A stretch of 64,000 nucleotides of DNA from a virus: the IMG/VR virus record IMGVR_UViG_3300042882_000327, positions 25,960 through 89,959 of that record; one strand, 5' to 3'. Positions 19,009 to 29,870 of the stretch are shown in pieces. Each line of letters starts with the position of its first letter. Positions within the stretch are counted from its first letter, which is position 1. The translations under genes were made by a program, and so were the position numbers. The notes below the pieces were generated by a model, which was not told the origin of the DNA, ran no database searches, and saw only the letters and a list, made by a program, of their open reading frames with translations.

Positions 19009-19806
19009 TTATAGTTCACCAAGATGTTGTGCAACTGCTGGTAGATTACCCGTGAAGATGTAAGTTCCTACATGGGAAAGTTGTAGCCAAGGACACATCC
19101 AAACTTTAATTCCTAACTTTCTCATCTGATGGCAGTTACAATAATCTTCTGAAAGAGTTCTCTTGGATTCTGGATCGATGAATACATTAAAGAATGAACA
19201 AATTTCACGATCACCACCAAAATGAGCTTGTCCGACGTGATCTGGCTTATACATATATTCTGGATGAGCTTCTTGGAACTTCTCAAATACTTCTCTACGA
19301 TACATACAAAATCCAGTACCAACTTCAGAAACTTCTAGAGGTTCTGTAACAGAAAATCTCTGCATTCCACCAACAGGATTAAATACCATAGATCCTACCA
19401 ACTTTTGATACTCTTCAATAGGCAGAGCAGGATTCTTTTGAATTGCTTTGTGGAGTTGACCCCATTCAATACTCTTCTTGGGATACGGACCACCTATGAT
19501 TTCTTTATCAAGCGCAAGCATGGCTACAATATCTTGTGCATTGAATGCGATATCGGCATCAATAAACATCATATGAGTACAATCAGAACGATTTAAGAAT
19601 TCATCAACAATATAATTCCTAGCACGTTGAATTAAACTTTCATTAAAAAGAAAGCTAAACCTAACATCCACACCATATTGAACCATCATCGCTTGTAGAT
19701 CCAAAAGACTCTTAGCAGTCATCCCAGTCATCTGACCGCCATAACAAGGCATTCCAATAAATAGTTTTTTAGATCTTAATGTTTCTGCAGAAATTTCAAT
19801 TTTCAT
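19009..19806 (-). CDS. GT-A-fold glycosyltransferase-like protein
   Basis: GMPCYGG, NESLIQRARN, FIDADI (DxD), GTGF, LSEDY. Confidence 0.7.
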   Translation of the reverse strand: MKIEISAETLRSKKLFIGMPCYGGQMTGMTAKSLLDLQAMMVQYGVDVRFSFLFNESLIQRARNYIVDEFLNRSDCTHMMFIDADIAFNAQDIVAMLALDKEIIGGPYPKKSIEWGQLHKAIQKNPALPIEEYQKLVGSMVFNPVGGMQRFSVTEPLEVSEVGTGFCMYRREVFEKFQEAHPEYMYKPDHVGQAHFGGDREICSFFNVFIDPESKRTLSEDYCNCHQMRKLGIKVWMCPWLQLSHVGTYIFTGNLPAVAQHLGEL

Positions 19807-19826
19807 AATTTACCTATCAAGTTATA

Positions 19827-21143
19827 TTAAATTTTTTCACCAACTTCAAATCCCCTTAATCTAACAAATCTAGGGAATCGAAGACTATAAGTTCCATTTT
19901 GATTCTGTGTTATAGCATCGCACTCAATTTCTGCGATTTTGCCAATAACCTTGGAAGAATTATTCCAATATAATTCTCGTTCCTTGTCCGTAAGTCCAGA
20001 CCCAACATTGACTAAAATTTCTTTTTCGTCTTCATACCCATTACAGACAAGAGCACCCAATTTGCCCTTATATTTATCATCGCCCTCCTGTAAATTAATA
20101 ATTTCTAAATCTATTGTCATTACGGGTTTTAACTTTAACCATGCTGCAGACCGCTTACACTCATAAGGCGCACTCAAGTCTTTAATCATGATTCCTTCTT
20201 TTCCAGCATCAATACATTTCTTATTAAACTCGTTAAATTTTTTTATTCCTACTTCTGAATCCATATCAATAGAAATACATTCCAACACTTTAATATTATC
20301 TAAACCAACTGTCCGCGAAGTAATTTCAGCCAAATTTAAAAATCTTTCATGTTGTGGTATATCAGATTTACCACATTGAAAATCTCTTAGAGGAATCATA
20401 TCAAACAAATAAAGCATAGAATCGTTTGTTTGAATATCGGTCTTTCTATACAATTGCGTCATCAATGCTTGAAAAGACTCCGACATAATTTCTCCATCGA
20501 AAACAGTTGGTTCATCTAACATAGACCCCAAATCGGACAACTGTCCTCTGATTTTATCAAAGTTCAGAACCTCTTTTCCATTTCTAGAAAACTGATCAAC
20601 TCTCCCATTAGGATAAACAATAGATAAAATTCTAGTACCATCTAATTTCTCTTGTAGAATTTTATTTCCTGTTAATTTAGTTTCGTGTAACTTGGAATCA
20701 AACGCCAACTGACAAGAAAATACAGGAATATTATATTTCTCCGATTTAAGTTTTTTAGCAACGTTGTTTACAGTCTTTACATCTACACCACATTTAAGAT
20801 CTTTCATCAAAATTCTACGATACCAATTATTCCACATGTGCATAGATGAACTGATAGCCATTTCAAGAACCATTTTTCTAGCATCATTGCCAGTTACCTT
20901 TCTATCAATCAATAGGCTAACATTTTCAAAAAACTCTTCTTGAGTCAATTTATGTTCGGTATCAGAAATTTTCTCCGGTACTTGTTTAATACCGAAAGTA
21001 ACCAATTTATCTAATGCAAGAGAAATACCTTTAAAAAATTCATCATTTTCACCTTGCATTTCTCTAAAAATAACAGACTCTTTGAATAGTCTACTATTAT
21101 CAGATTCCAGTTCTAAAATAATATCAGATGGAATTTTTGTCAC
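19827..21143 (-). CDS. gp30: ATP-dependent DNA ligase
   Basis: EKLDGTR (KxDG), FDGEI, EGIMIK, WLKLKP, SLRFPRF. Confidence 0.93.
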   Translation of the reverse strand: MTKIPSDIILELESDNSRLFKESVIFREMQGENDEFFKGISLALDKLVTFGIKQVPEKISDTEHKLTQEEFFENVSLLIDRKVTGNDARKMVLEMAISSSMHMWNNWYRRILMKDLKCGVDVKTVNNVAKKLKSEKYNIPVFSCQLAFDSKLHETKLTGNKILQEKLDGTRILSIVYPNGRVDQFSRNGKEVLNFDKIRGQLSDLGSMLDEPTVFDGEIMSESFQALMTQLYRKTDIQTNDSMLYLFDMIPLRDFQCGKSDIPQHERFLNLAEITSRTVGLDNIKVLECISIDMDSEVGIKKFNEFNKKCIDAGKEGIMIKDLSAPYECKRSAAWLKLKPVMTIDLEIINLQEGDDKYKGKLGALVCNGYEDEKEILVNVGSGLTDKERELYWNNSSKVIGKIAEIECDAITQNQNGTYSLRFPRFVRLRGFEVGEKI

Positions 21144-21729
21144 TCTCTATTCTCCGTTGTTGGATCAATTCACGAGCAAAACTTTTAATTCTTTTTTCTC
21201 TCCTTTTTAAAGAAGATTTCAGAGCCAAAGGTTTTGCGACTTTATCAAACGTAATACCATTCAAATGGTCGATTTCATGTTGGGCGACTCTAGCCGAAAT
21301 GCCCGTCAAATTAATCTCTTTATTATTCCCATCTACATCCTGATACGAAACAGTAACATCTTTAGGTCTTGTAATAGCCATACTCAAAAATGGAAATGAT
21401 AAGCAACCTTCCTCCATATGCACTGTTTCTAAAGAAGATCGGACAATTTTAGGATTAAATAATGTCATATATTCTTTATCAAATCCCATGACAAAAACTT
21501 TTCTAGAAATTCCACACTGAGGAGCAGCGACACCATATGCTCTATGCGTCTTCAAAGTTTCTGTTAATCTACCAGACAACTCTACAGCATTTTCGGAAGA
21601 AAAATTAAACTCTTCAGCAATCTGCTTCAAGATAGGATCGTTCTCTTCAACAAGTTCAAAACGATCATATTTATGTTCGATAATCTTTGTAGCCGATTCG
21701 CCCGTATCAATTGTAATCATTCCACTCAT
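21124..21729 (-). CDS. def: peptide deformylase
   Basis: GVAAPQCG, EEGCLS, QHEIDHLNG. Confidence 0.93.
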   Translation of the reverse strand: MSGMITIDTGESATKIIEHKYDRFELVEENDPILKQIAEEFNFSSENAVELSGRLTETLKTHRAYGVAAPQCGISRKVFVMGFDKEYMTLFNPKIVRSSLETVHMEEGCLSFPFLSMAITRPKDVTVSYQDVDGNNKEINLTGISARVAQHEIDHLNGITFDKVAKPLALKSSLKRREKRIKSFARELIQQRRIESDKNSI

Positions 21730-21734
21730 ATATT

Positions 21735-23453
21735 TTACCTTAGTTCTATTAGTTTTGTAAAGTCTTTTTTCTTCTGAAACTTCAATGTTCTATCAAATTT
21801 ATCGCCCAGAGTGTCTCCTTTATGCGAAATCACAATGACATTAGTATTAACATCTAACGATTCAATCAAATCCATAAATTGATCAATTCCATTCAAGTCC
21901 AAAGAAGAATCCAATGTCTCGTCAAAAATCAATAAATTAGTATTCACTGAATTTTTCATTTTAGCAATTTGTCTAAATGTAAACAGAATTGCCAAATCAA
22001 TTCTTAATTTTTCCCCCTCAGAAAAATTCTCGTATTTAAATTCATCCCTATGCCTACTTTTAATAACTTCTTCGAAATTTTCGTTGATATTGAAATTAAC
22101 AAAGAAATTCATCTGCGAAAGGTAAGCATTGATTAACTTATTCATTACAGGAATATATTGCTTAACAATTCTTGTCTTTATTCCTCCATCTTTTAATAGG
22201 ACGGCAGAGAAATCATAATACTTTTTAGTATTTGTTAAATCATCTTGGTTTGATATATGCTTATCTAACTCCGTAGTTAATATAGTCAATTTCCCATCAT
22301 TTTCATCAATCGCATTATTAGATATTTCAGAAATGGCTTTTAACTCTTTTTGAATATAATTTTGAATTGCCGAGATGGAGGCATTTAATTTTACGATCTC
22401 TGAATTGTGATCTTGTATATTTTTGTTAATTAATCTTATCTCATCCAATCTTTCTTCTAGTTTTGTTGCTTCTTCAGTTAATTTGGAAAGCCCGGTTTTC
22501 AATTCTAATTTCTTTTTATTATTCACTTCAATCTGCGTCGATTTAAACTCTTCATCAATAGATTGCCTACATGTAGGGCAACTATGATTTTTTTCAAAGA
22601 AATCACATTCTCTTCTCAATTTACTCAAATTAGTCTCAAGTTTAGATTCTATAGAAATCATTTTGCTTCTTTTGGTTTCTATAGAAGTTTTATCTATAAT
22701 TTGTACTTGTAAAACATTTATATGTTTTTGAATAGAATCTATATCTTTTTGTAGAGAAGTAATTTGTTCATTGGATTTAGCTATTTCTTCCTGCTTCCTT
22801 TTAATTTCTTCTTGTGTATGTTCTTTATGTTCTTTGAGATTCTGTTTCTGCAATTCGATCTTTTCTGTTGTCAATTCTATATTATATTTTAGATCGTTAC
22901 TTTCTTCTTTCAATTTAGAAAGTTTATCTTTGACCAAAACATTCATTGTAGAGAATATTTGAATATCTAACAATTCTTCTATAATAGATCTTCTATCTGC
23001 CGCTGGCATCTGCATAAAAGGATTATATCTAGCAGACCCCAAAATTACTACATTAATGAAAGACTTGTAATTGACTTTCAGAATATACTTCTCTAGATAT
23101 TCTTGATAATCTTTAGAAGAAGCATCTTGATTAACAAGAACATCATTACAATATATTTCAAATACTGTTGGTTTCATTCCTCTCACAACCTTATACTCTC
23201 TATTACCAATAGAGAATTCAATTGTGACTAACATATTTGCTTTATTCTTAGAATTCAATAGATTTGGTTTATTTGCTTTACGAAAGGGTTTTCCATATAA
23301 AGCAAAGCAAATAGAATCCAGAATACAAGAAGATTTCCCAGATCCATTGACACCAACAGATAAAGTCTTCTTATGAGAATTGAGATTTATTTCTATAGGA
23401 GAATTTCCTACAGAAAAGAAGTTACGCATGGAAACGCGAGAAAATACTATCAT
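21735..23453 (-). CDS. gp46: recombination exonuclease ATPase subunit (Rad50/SbcC-like)
   Basis: GVNGSGKS, CPTC zinc hook, FSEGEK signature, LIFDE. Confidence 0.95.
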   Translation of the reverse strand: MIVFSRVSMRNFFSVGNSPIEINLNSHKKTLSVGVNGSGKSSCILDSICFALYGKPFRKANKPNLLNSKNKANMLVTIEFSIGNREYKVVRGMKPTVFEIYCNDVLVNQDASSKDYQEYLEKYILKVNYKSFINVVILGSARYNPFMQMPAADRRSIIEELLDIQIFSTMNVLVKDKLSKLKEESNDLKYNIELTTEKIELQKQNLKEHKEHTQEEIKRKQEEIAKSNEQITSLQKDIDSIQKHINVLQVQIIDKTSIETKRSKMISIESKLETNLSKLRRECDFFEKNHSCPTCRQSIDEEFKSTQIEVNNKKKLELKTGLSKLTEEATKLEERLDEIRLINKNIQDHNSEIVKLNASISAIQNYIQKELKAISEISNNAIDENDGKLTILTTELDKHISNQDDLTNTKKYYDFSAVLLKDGGIKTRIVKQYIPVMNKLINAYLSQMNFFVNFNINENFEEVIKSRHRDEFKYENFSEGEKLRIDLAILFTFRQIAKMKNSVNTNLLIFDETLDSSLDLNGIDQFMDLIESLDVNTNVIVISHKGDTLGDKFDRTLKFQKKKDFTKLIELR

Positions 23454-23462
23454 AATATACTA

Positions 23463-24554
23463 CTAAATTGATTCAAGGGACATCGCTTCGTCATAAAGCG
23501 AACTTAATATATTTTTTAATTTATTAGCATCTAACTCTTTTGTTTTTACATTATCTATATATCTGGATAAAATAGTAAGTGTGTCTTCTGTCTCATCAAT
23601 ATCATTGATTTCTTCGTTAAGAACATCAGCAGTATCCTCAATTATAACAAGATCTAGGGGATTAATCTTATATAAAGCATCAATGAATAAATCAAATAGA
23701 TATGGATTTTGTTTATTCTTGACAACCACTTTAATGTAGGAACTTGCATATATATCAAGTTTAGATTGTTCTATCTGTTCTTTTATACTATCCTCGTTTA
23801 ATAGATCATCATAAAAGATCTTATTAAACATTTTATAAGGATTCTGTACAAAATCTAAATCTCTTGTTTCGAAATTAAATACATGAAATCCTTTTGGATC
23901 AGCATCATCTTGCCATGTCAATTCATACGGGGTTCCCAAATAATATATATTACCTCTAGTAGAACGATGATGATAATGACCAGTAAAAACAAATTCAAAT
24001 CTTTCGAATAACTTCCAATCCATGCCTTCGTCAGAGATAAATCCTTTATACATAGCGAAGTCACGCAGTTCCAAGTGACCGAAACAAATATCGGATGAAC
24101 TCTTTCCTATCTTACGGATAGACTCTTCATAATTATCTTTACAAATCCAAGGAAGAAATAATGGTTTTATATTTGGAGCCAATTCAACATAATCTGGTTT
24201 TTCAATAGAGATAATATTTCTGTATTCTTTCAATAACAAATTTTGAGAATTTACATTGATAGTATCTCTATAAAAACTATCATGATTTCCAACCAAAGTA
24301 TATAATGTAATATCGTATTCTTCTAACTTATCAAAGAAATATTTTTTGCATTCGGAGAGTCCTTGCAAATGGGCTTGTTTTCTGTTGTCAAAGATATCTC
24401 CGAGTTGTACGACAGTTTTTATATTATTATGCAATAAATACGGGAAAAATACATTGGTATAAAATTTTTCAAAGTATTCATTGAATGACTTTGAACCAGA
24501 TCTAGCCAAAAAGTGTGAATCTCCAAGTATAGCAATTTTCATGTTATTTGTCAA
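23463..24554 (-). CDS. gp47: recombination endonuclease subunit (Mre11/SbcD-like)
   Basis: GDSH, LGDIFD, GNHD, GHYH phosphoesterase motifs. Confidence 0.95.
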   Translation of the reverse strand: MTNNMKIAILGDSHFLARSGSKSFNEYFEKFYTNVFFPYLLHNNIKTVVQLGDIFDNRKQAHLQGLSECKKYFFDKLEEYDITLYTLVGNHDSFYRDTINVNSQNLLLKEYRNIISIEKPDYVELAPNIKPLFLPWICKDNYEESIRKIGKSSSDICFGHLELRDFAMYKGFISDEGMDWKLFERFEFVFTGHYHHRSTRGNIYYLGTPYELTWQDDADPKGFHVFNFETRDLDFVQNPYKMFNKIFYDDLLNEDSIKEQIEQSKLDIYASSYIKVVVKNKQNPYLFDLFIDALYKINPLDLVIIEDTADVLNEEINDIDETEDTLTILSRYIDNVKTKELDANKLKNILSSLYDEAMSLESI

Positions 24555-26333
24555 CTATCCTTTCATGATATTTTCAATTTGAACTTCATCAATGGTTTCG
24601 CGTTCCATTAATAGTTCAGCCATTTGTTCAACTTTATTCCAATTTTTCTTTAAAATTCTTTCGGCGGCTTTATAATTCTTGTTAATCAAAACTTGAATTT
24701 CTTTTTGTACCAAAGTAGTGATTTCTTCCATTCCAGATTTTAATTGCGAGGAATTAGTTAATCCATTCATTTCTACAAATTTAATTGGCGGGACTTTTTT
24801 ACTCATTCCCCATTCAGTTACCATTTTAGTAGCAAGCGAAGTTGCACGTTCAATATCATTCGAAGCACCAGTAGTAACACCATCAAATCCAGCATAAATT
24901 TCCTCTGCAATCCTACCTCCATATAAAGAAGCAATTTGACTTTCCAATTTTATTTTACTAACTGAAACCGAATCTCTTTCTGGTAGGAACATAGTAATAC
25001 CAAGTGCTCTGCCGCGAGGAATGATAGAAACTTTATAAATCGGATCATGTTCTTTAGAAAAATATCCTACAACAGCGTGTCCAGCTTCATGTATTGCTGT
25101 AAGTTTTCGTTCATCTTCTGACATTGTAAATGTCTTTCTTTCAACGCCCATCAAAATCTTATCCTTGGCTTTTTCAAAATTATGTTTCGAAACAACATCA
25201 GAATCTTCTCTAGAAGCGAAAATAGTAGCTTCATTTACAAGATTGGCTAATTCTGCCCCAGAGAAGCCAGATGTTCCTCTAGCAATACTATGCAAATCCA
25301 CATCCTCGGACATAGGAATATTCTTTGTATGAACTTCAAGAATTTGAGTTCTGCCATTCAAATCCGGTAATCCAACCGCGATTTGACGATCAAATCTTCC
25401 GGGTCTTAATAATGCCTTATCTAAGATATCCGCACGATTTGTTGCGGCAATAACAATAATCCTAGAATTAGTACCAAATCCATCCATTTCTACCAGCAAT
25501 GCATTTAATGTTTGGTCGCGTTCGTCATTTGAAACCATACCAGAACTTCTTGATTTACCGACAGCATCAATCTCGTCAATGAATAAAATAGCAGATTCAT
25601 TTTTCTTCAATTCGACAAACATATCACGAACTCTAGAAGACCCCACACCAACAAACATTTCAACAAAGTCGGAACCGGAACAATAATAAAACGGTACACC
25701 AGCTTCATGAGCAACCGCTTTGGATAGCAATGTTTTACCAGTTCCGGGATCTCCTGTCAAGAGAACACCTTTCGGGACTTTACCGCCAAGCTTATTAAAT
25801 TTTTCGGGATTTCTAAGAAAATCAATAACTTCTCGTAGTTCATCTTTTGCTTCATCACAACCAGCAACATCGGCAAAGGTAACTTCATTGTGTTCATCTT
25901 TTTCGAGAAGTTTAGCTTTGGAATTTCCAATAGATCCTAATCTACTACCAGCCTGTCTCCTAGCAAACCAAATCCATGCACAAATTAATAATACAATAGG
26001 AATTGAGTTAATTAAAATATCCATCCAAATACTTCTCTTTGGAGGATCTAAAACTACAACATCTACATTATGTGATAATAAATCATTAATTAATTGTGGA
26101 TCATTATCTGGAGTATTAACTACAAACTCTTCGCCAGTTTTTGCAATAGCATGTAGACTACTTCCTTGAATCCTAACCTTAAAGATTCCATCGTGTTTAA
26201 CAATATTCAAAAATCTAGTATAAGATGGTTGATATTGTTGCATTATTGGCTTAGTCATTCTATTATAAAATGTTACCGCAGCAAATACTACAGCAAATAG
26301 AATAACTGCCTTGATTAAAATTTGTTTATTCAT
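24555..26333 (-). CDS. ftsH: ATP-dependent zinc metalloprotease FtsH
   Basis: Two TM segments, GDPGTGKT, FVEMFVGVG pore loop, IDEID, SRH ALLRPGRFDR, HEAGH, GASND. Confidence 0.95.
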   Translation of the reverse strand: MNKQILIKAVILFAVVFAAVTFYNRMTKPIMQQYQPSYTRFLNIVKHDGIFKVRIQGSSLHAIAKTGEEFVVNTPDNDPQLINDLLSHNVDVVVLDPPKRSIWMDILINSIPIVLLICAWIWFARRQAGSRLGSIGNSKAKLLEKDEHNEVTFADVAGCDEAKDELREVIDFLRNPEKFNKLGGKVPKGVLLTGDPGTGKTLLSKAVAHEAGVPFYYCSGSDFVEMFVGVGSSRVRDMFVELKKNESAILFIDEIDAVGKSRSSGMVSNDERDQTLNALLVEMDGFGTNSRIIVIAATNRADILDKALLRPGRFDRQIAVGLPDLNGRTQILEVHTKNIPMSEDVDLHSIARGTSGFSGAELANLVNEATIFASREDSDVVSKHNFEKAKDKILMGVERKTFTMSEDERKLTAIHEAGHAVVGYFSKEHDPIYKVSIIPRGRALGITMFLPERDSVSVSKIKLESQIASLYGGRIAEEIYAGFDGVTTGASNDIERATSLATKMVTEWGMSKKVPPIKFVEMNGLTNSSQLKSGMEEITTLVQKEIQVLINKNYKAAERILKKNWNKVEQMAELLMERETIDEVQIENIMKG

Positions 26334-26872
26334 TATTCTTCCTCTAGGAAATTTTCTAGACCCTTTTTCTTCTTGGAGTTCTCTTTCTTCTCCTTAACAT
26401 TAGATTCATACTGCTCAATAAATTCATACAGATTATCATAAATTTGAATTTGGTTTATTGTGCCATCACCGAGTTCTAATAACTCTTCTTCATCAAGAAT
26501 CCCAAAATTCTCGGTGGCTTTATATTTCACATATTGTTGTTTCTTTTCTTTTGCTATTCTTCTTACAAAAGCATACCAACAAATTTGGGTAAAATATGCA
26601 AATGGATTTGTTGACTTTGCCGGATCAAAATTCTCAAAATACATCAAACAATTTTCTATAGCATCCGAAACCATTTCGTCCTTATACGTATAACAGCAAA
26701 AATTAGGACGTTTCGCCAGATTCATAGCAATCTTTAAGAAACATTCACCAATATAATTGGGAATCCGGGGTTTCTTTTGTCCCGCGCTTTTAGAAACGTC
26801 CAAAGCGGTTTTATATTCGACAAGAGCTTTTAAAAAATCGTCATTATTAATATATTGTGTTGTAGTTTTCAA
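26333..26872 (-). CDS. gp55: late-transcription sigma factor
   Basis: YINNDDFL, YIGECFLKIA, NPFAYFTQI, RRIAKEKKQ; TTG start with SD AGGAG. Confidence 0.95.
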   Translation of the reverse strand: MKTTTQYINNDDFLKALVEYKTALDVSKSAGQKKPRIPNYIGECFLKIAMNLAKRPNFCCYTYKDEMVSDAIENCLMYFENFDPAKSTNPFAYFTQICWYAFVRRIAKEKKQQYVKYKATENFGILDEEELLELGDGTINQIQIYDNLYEFIEQYESNVKEKKENSKKKKGLENFLEEE

Positions 26873-26904
26873 TTTATTCTCCTAATAATCCTACTCATTG
26901 TATT

Positions 26905-26933
26905 ATTATACCGCACTAATCGAAATAAGTAAA
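26905..26933 (-). promoter_or_regulatory. sigma70-type promoter for gp55 operon
   Basis: TTTACT-17 nt-TATAAT. Confidence 0.75.
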
Positions 26934-26947
26934 GGAAAAAATAATTC

Positions 26948-26976
26948 TTGACTTTTCCAAAAAATAGTAAGATAAT
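26948..26976 (+). promoter_or_regulatory. divergent antisense sigma70-type promoter
   Basis: TTGACT-17 nt-GATAAT. Confidence 0.5.
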
Positions 26977-27004
26977 AAGTATGTATTCAGTTGATGTACA
27001 ATCT

Positions 27005-27379
27005 TTAATGCATCTTGTTTAAGCTCTTAGCATCCATACCTTCTAGCATAAGTTTTATATCTTTTTTATCTATTTCTGTCTTTTCTTCTTTTTCGAATTC
27101 GAAATCATTCAAGAAGTTAAGATAATATTCTTTAAAGTCTTGTTTTGGTTCTAACAGCAATAAAACCTCTGACAGAGGTAAAACTGCAAAGTTATTTTCC
27201 AACAAATTTAATGGTAGCCAGAAACTCAACATCATTTCTTGTGTATCTTCTTTAGTGTTGAAAGTTAAAAGAACATTCAACGGATACGTTAATCTGATGG
27301 TATCTGACTTTAAATCTTTTTCTACAAAAGAAATAATATCTTCTCCGCTTCTCAATCTTACAAATTTGATATGTCCCAT
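27005..27379 (-). CDS. conserved hypothetical protein
   Basis: VRLRSGEDII start; usual position between uvsW and gp55. Confidence 0.65.
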   Translation of the reverse strand: MGHIKFVRLRSGEDIISFVEKDLKSDTIRLTYPLNVLLTFNTKEDTQEMMLSFWLPLNLLENNFAVLPLSEVLLLLEPKQDFKEYYLNFLNDFEFEKEEKTEIDKKDIKLMLEGMDAKSLNKMH

Positions 27380-27389
27380 AATTGTCTCT

Positions 27390-28889
27390 TTAAGAAAAAT
27401 CTACATTAATAATTTTATAATCAAATTGTTCTTGATTATATGTTTTTATACGTTCTAAGAAATGAGAGAGTACAAAATTTTGATGTTTACCTACGCTTAG
27501 ATTATCAACAATATCATATAGAGTTGCAACATCTTTTGATTCGTGAAGACGCAAAATTCTTCCTATTGATTGAAGATTTCTGATTCTAGATTTTCCTGAA
27601 ATTGCAGAAATAATATTATGAAGATTTTTAATTGACACTCCAGTGCTCATTGTACCATAACTCGCTACGATAATAGCATTTAATTCCGATTCCATAATTT
27701 GACGAATCTTTTCTCTTTCGTCACCAGCAATGCCTCCGTGAATAAAATATACGTTTCTATTATTAAGATGTTTTGAATTTTTAATCATTTCGTATATTAC
27801 TTTTCCGTGAGTTTCTACAAAATTAAATAGAATGATTGTATTTTTATCCAAAGAAAGAGATAGGTTTTTAATAAATGTATTTCTCTTGGTATTTGATACT
27901 AGATACTTTATCTCTTCTTGATATTTGAATTTTTTAATTGCTTTGCAAGTTTCTTTATCATATTTTAATACCAGACATTTGATATTAAATGCTGCAACTT
28001 GTTTTCTATCTATTAGTTCTTTTGTAGTTATCAGTTTATTAATAGGACCAAATAATCCAATTAATGTTTTTTCATTAACTTTTAAATTATCTAAAGTTCC
28101 TGTTAATCCTATTCTATAAGAAGCGTTAGTACATCTTTCTAATATACCAGTCAAAGAAGTAGCTTTGGCTGTATGAACTTCATCTGTAATAACAAAATCA
28201 TATTGAGTAAAAAAGTTATTTTCTTTTATAGTATGAAGCGATTGCCATGTAGAAATAGTTATAATCTTGCTTGCATTTTTATCCTGTCCTTGATATATTT
28301 TATGGACATGTTTATCGCAATCCCAACAATTAAAATGAGAATAATCTTGAAAATCCGAATATAATTGATGAACTAATGATATACTAGGAACTATAATAAG
28401 TCCTTTTAATCCAGAATCAGACAAAAATTTGGCAATAAGATATATCGTAAGAGATTTGCCAGAAGAGGTCGGACTTAATATCAATTGTCTTTTATTGGAA
28501 ACAGCATCAACAAATCCTTTTATTTGATAATCTCTAGGCTCTATTTCTTGTCCTTTTGATGATGGTTTTGTATTTTTTATGAAGTTTTCTGCGTCGAGTT
28601 CTAATCGTTTGGATTTTAAATTATCGGAAATTTCATAAGTATAGTCTCTGCTTTTACAGAAAGCAATTACCTGATTAAATAATCCAAAATATAGTTCTCC
28701 CCTATTTTTAGATGTTAATCTCAATAGTCTTAACTTCCCATCCCACATCTTAGCTCTATATTTTGGATGATATTTATAACCTTCCGCATAAAATGTAAAT
28801 ACATCTTGTAATTCATATAGAGTTGATTGTTCTCCGGAAACTATTATATAACTCTCATTTTTCTTTTCTATATGTAAATCAGCCATCAT
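27390..28889 (-). CDS. uvsW: SF2 helicase UvsW
   Basis: PRDYQ, SPTSSGKS, DEVH, GLTGT, QSIGRILR. Confidence 0.95.
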   Translation of the reverse strand: MMADLHIEKKNESYIIVSGEQSTLYELQDVFTFYAEGYKYHPKYRAKMWDGKLRLLRLTSKNRGELYFGLFNQVIAFCKSRDYTYEISDNLKSKRLELDAENFIKNTKPSSKGQEIEPRDYQIKGFVDAVSNKRQLILSPTSSGKSLTIYLIAKFLSDSGLKGLIIVPSISLVHQLYSDFQDYSHFNCWDCDKHVHKIYQGQDKNASKIITISTWQSLHTIKENNFFTQYDFVITDEVHTAKATSLTGILERCTNASYRIGLTGTLDNLKVNEKTLIGLFGPINKLITTKELIDRKQVAAFNIKCLVLKYDKETCKAIKKFKYQEEIKYLVSNTKRNTFIKNLSLSLDKNTIILFNFVETHGKVIYEMIKNSKHLNNRNVYFIHGGIAGDEREKIRQIMESELNAIIVASYGTMSTGVSIKNLHNIISAISGKSRIRNLQSIGRILRLHESKDVATLYDIVDNLSVGKHQNFVLSHFLERIKTYNQEQFDYKIINVDFS

Positions 28890-29323
28890 GCACCCGATAA
28901 AAATTTCTCATAATCAACCAAGGTTTTAAGTTGCCAAGTCCTTGATTTGAGTTCGTTTAAAATAGATTCACAGGTAGAAATGACCTGATCGTGATATATC
29001 TTTTTTTGGAGGAGTTTGATTAGAATTTCATCACAATTCAAATATTTTTCTAACCCAGTTTTTGTGACATGAAGATCAAATTGTTCCCATCCATATTCTT
29101 CTAGTGATTCTTGATCTAGTTGTCCAAGGTAATATTCAGAGCGAATATTTTTCATTTTATCGTAATCGAATTTGGCTTTAAAAGAAGCCATTTTGTGTTC
29201 ATTAAGATACTTAATATATTTGGCATGTAATTTTGGAATGCCAATCAATTCAAGTTTTATCTTTCCTTCATCAATAACACAATCTTGCGCCCATTCTTCA
29301 AGCAATTGTTCCAGTTTTATCAT
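28886..29323 (-). CDS. uvsY: recombination mediator UvsY
   Basis: IPKLHAKY, RTWQLK...KFLSG; synteny. Confidence 0.88.
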   Translation of the reverse strand: MIKLEQLLEEWAQDCVIDEGKIKLELIGIPKLHAKYIKYLNEHKMASFKAKFDYDKMKNIRSEYYLGQLDQESLEEYGWEQFDLHVTKTGLEKYLNCDEILIKLLQKKIYHDQVISTCESILNELKSRTWQLKTLVDYEKFLSGA

Positions 29324-29339
29324 AATATAGTCTCATAAT

Positions 29340-29870
29340 TTAAATACGTTCAAAGTTATATAGTTGATATTTAAACGACGCTTTTGCAGTTAAAATATCA
29401 TCTGCGCTTTGTGCCGAACTCATAGTTATTCCGGATAACGAAACCGGAAAAACATCTACAAATTTAACATTGGTTTTAAAATTATTTAGTGCCGTTAATG
29501 TAGACATATATGCATCCGAATATTGAGGAGTCATAGATTTCATAGTAATTATAGACTCTCTATTCAAGGTTTTATATTCCTCAAAAGAACACGGAAAAGA
29601 ATATTTTCTAATCCAATCATGAATCACTTGCCATGACCAAAGTTCCTCGTCTACAATGAATTCGATATCCAATGTTTCATAAATTGCTTTATCTCCGGGT
29701 CTATACAAATCTACAAATGGTGTAGATTGTGTTACTGGCGTAGATGATATTCCCGGAATATTGACAGATCTGCAGAAATAAGTTACACTACTAATTCTCG
29801 GAAAAATAATCTGAAACTTTGTAGATTGTAAATAATTAGAATTCGGTGGATTTCTGGTTAATGCTGACAT
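29340..29870 (-). CDS. gp3: tail tube terminator / sheath stabiliser
   Basis: NYLQSTKF, VNIPGIS, FIVDEEL, FPVSLS; ATG 29870 lies downstream of late promoter. Confidence 0.85.
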   Translation of the reverse strand: MSALTRNPPNSNYLQSTKFQIIFPRISSVTYFCRSVNIPGISSTPVTQSTPFVDLYRPGDKAIYETLDIEFIVDEELWSWQVIHDWIRKYSFPCSFEEYKTLNRESIITMKSMTPQYSDAYMSTLTALNNFKTNVKFVDVFPVSLSGITMSSAQSADDILTAKASFKYQLYNFERI

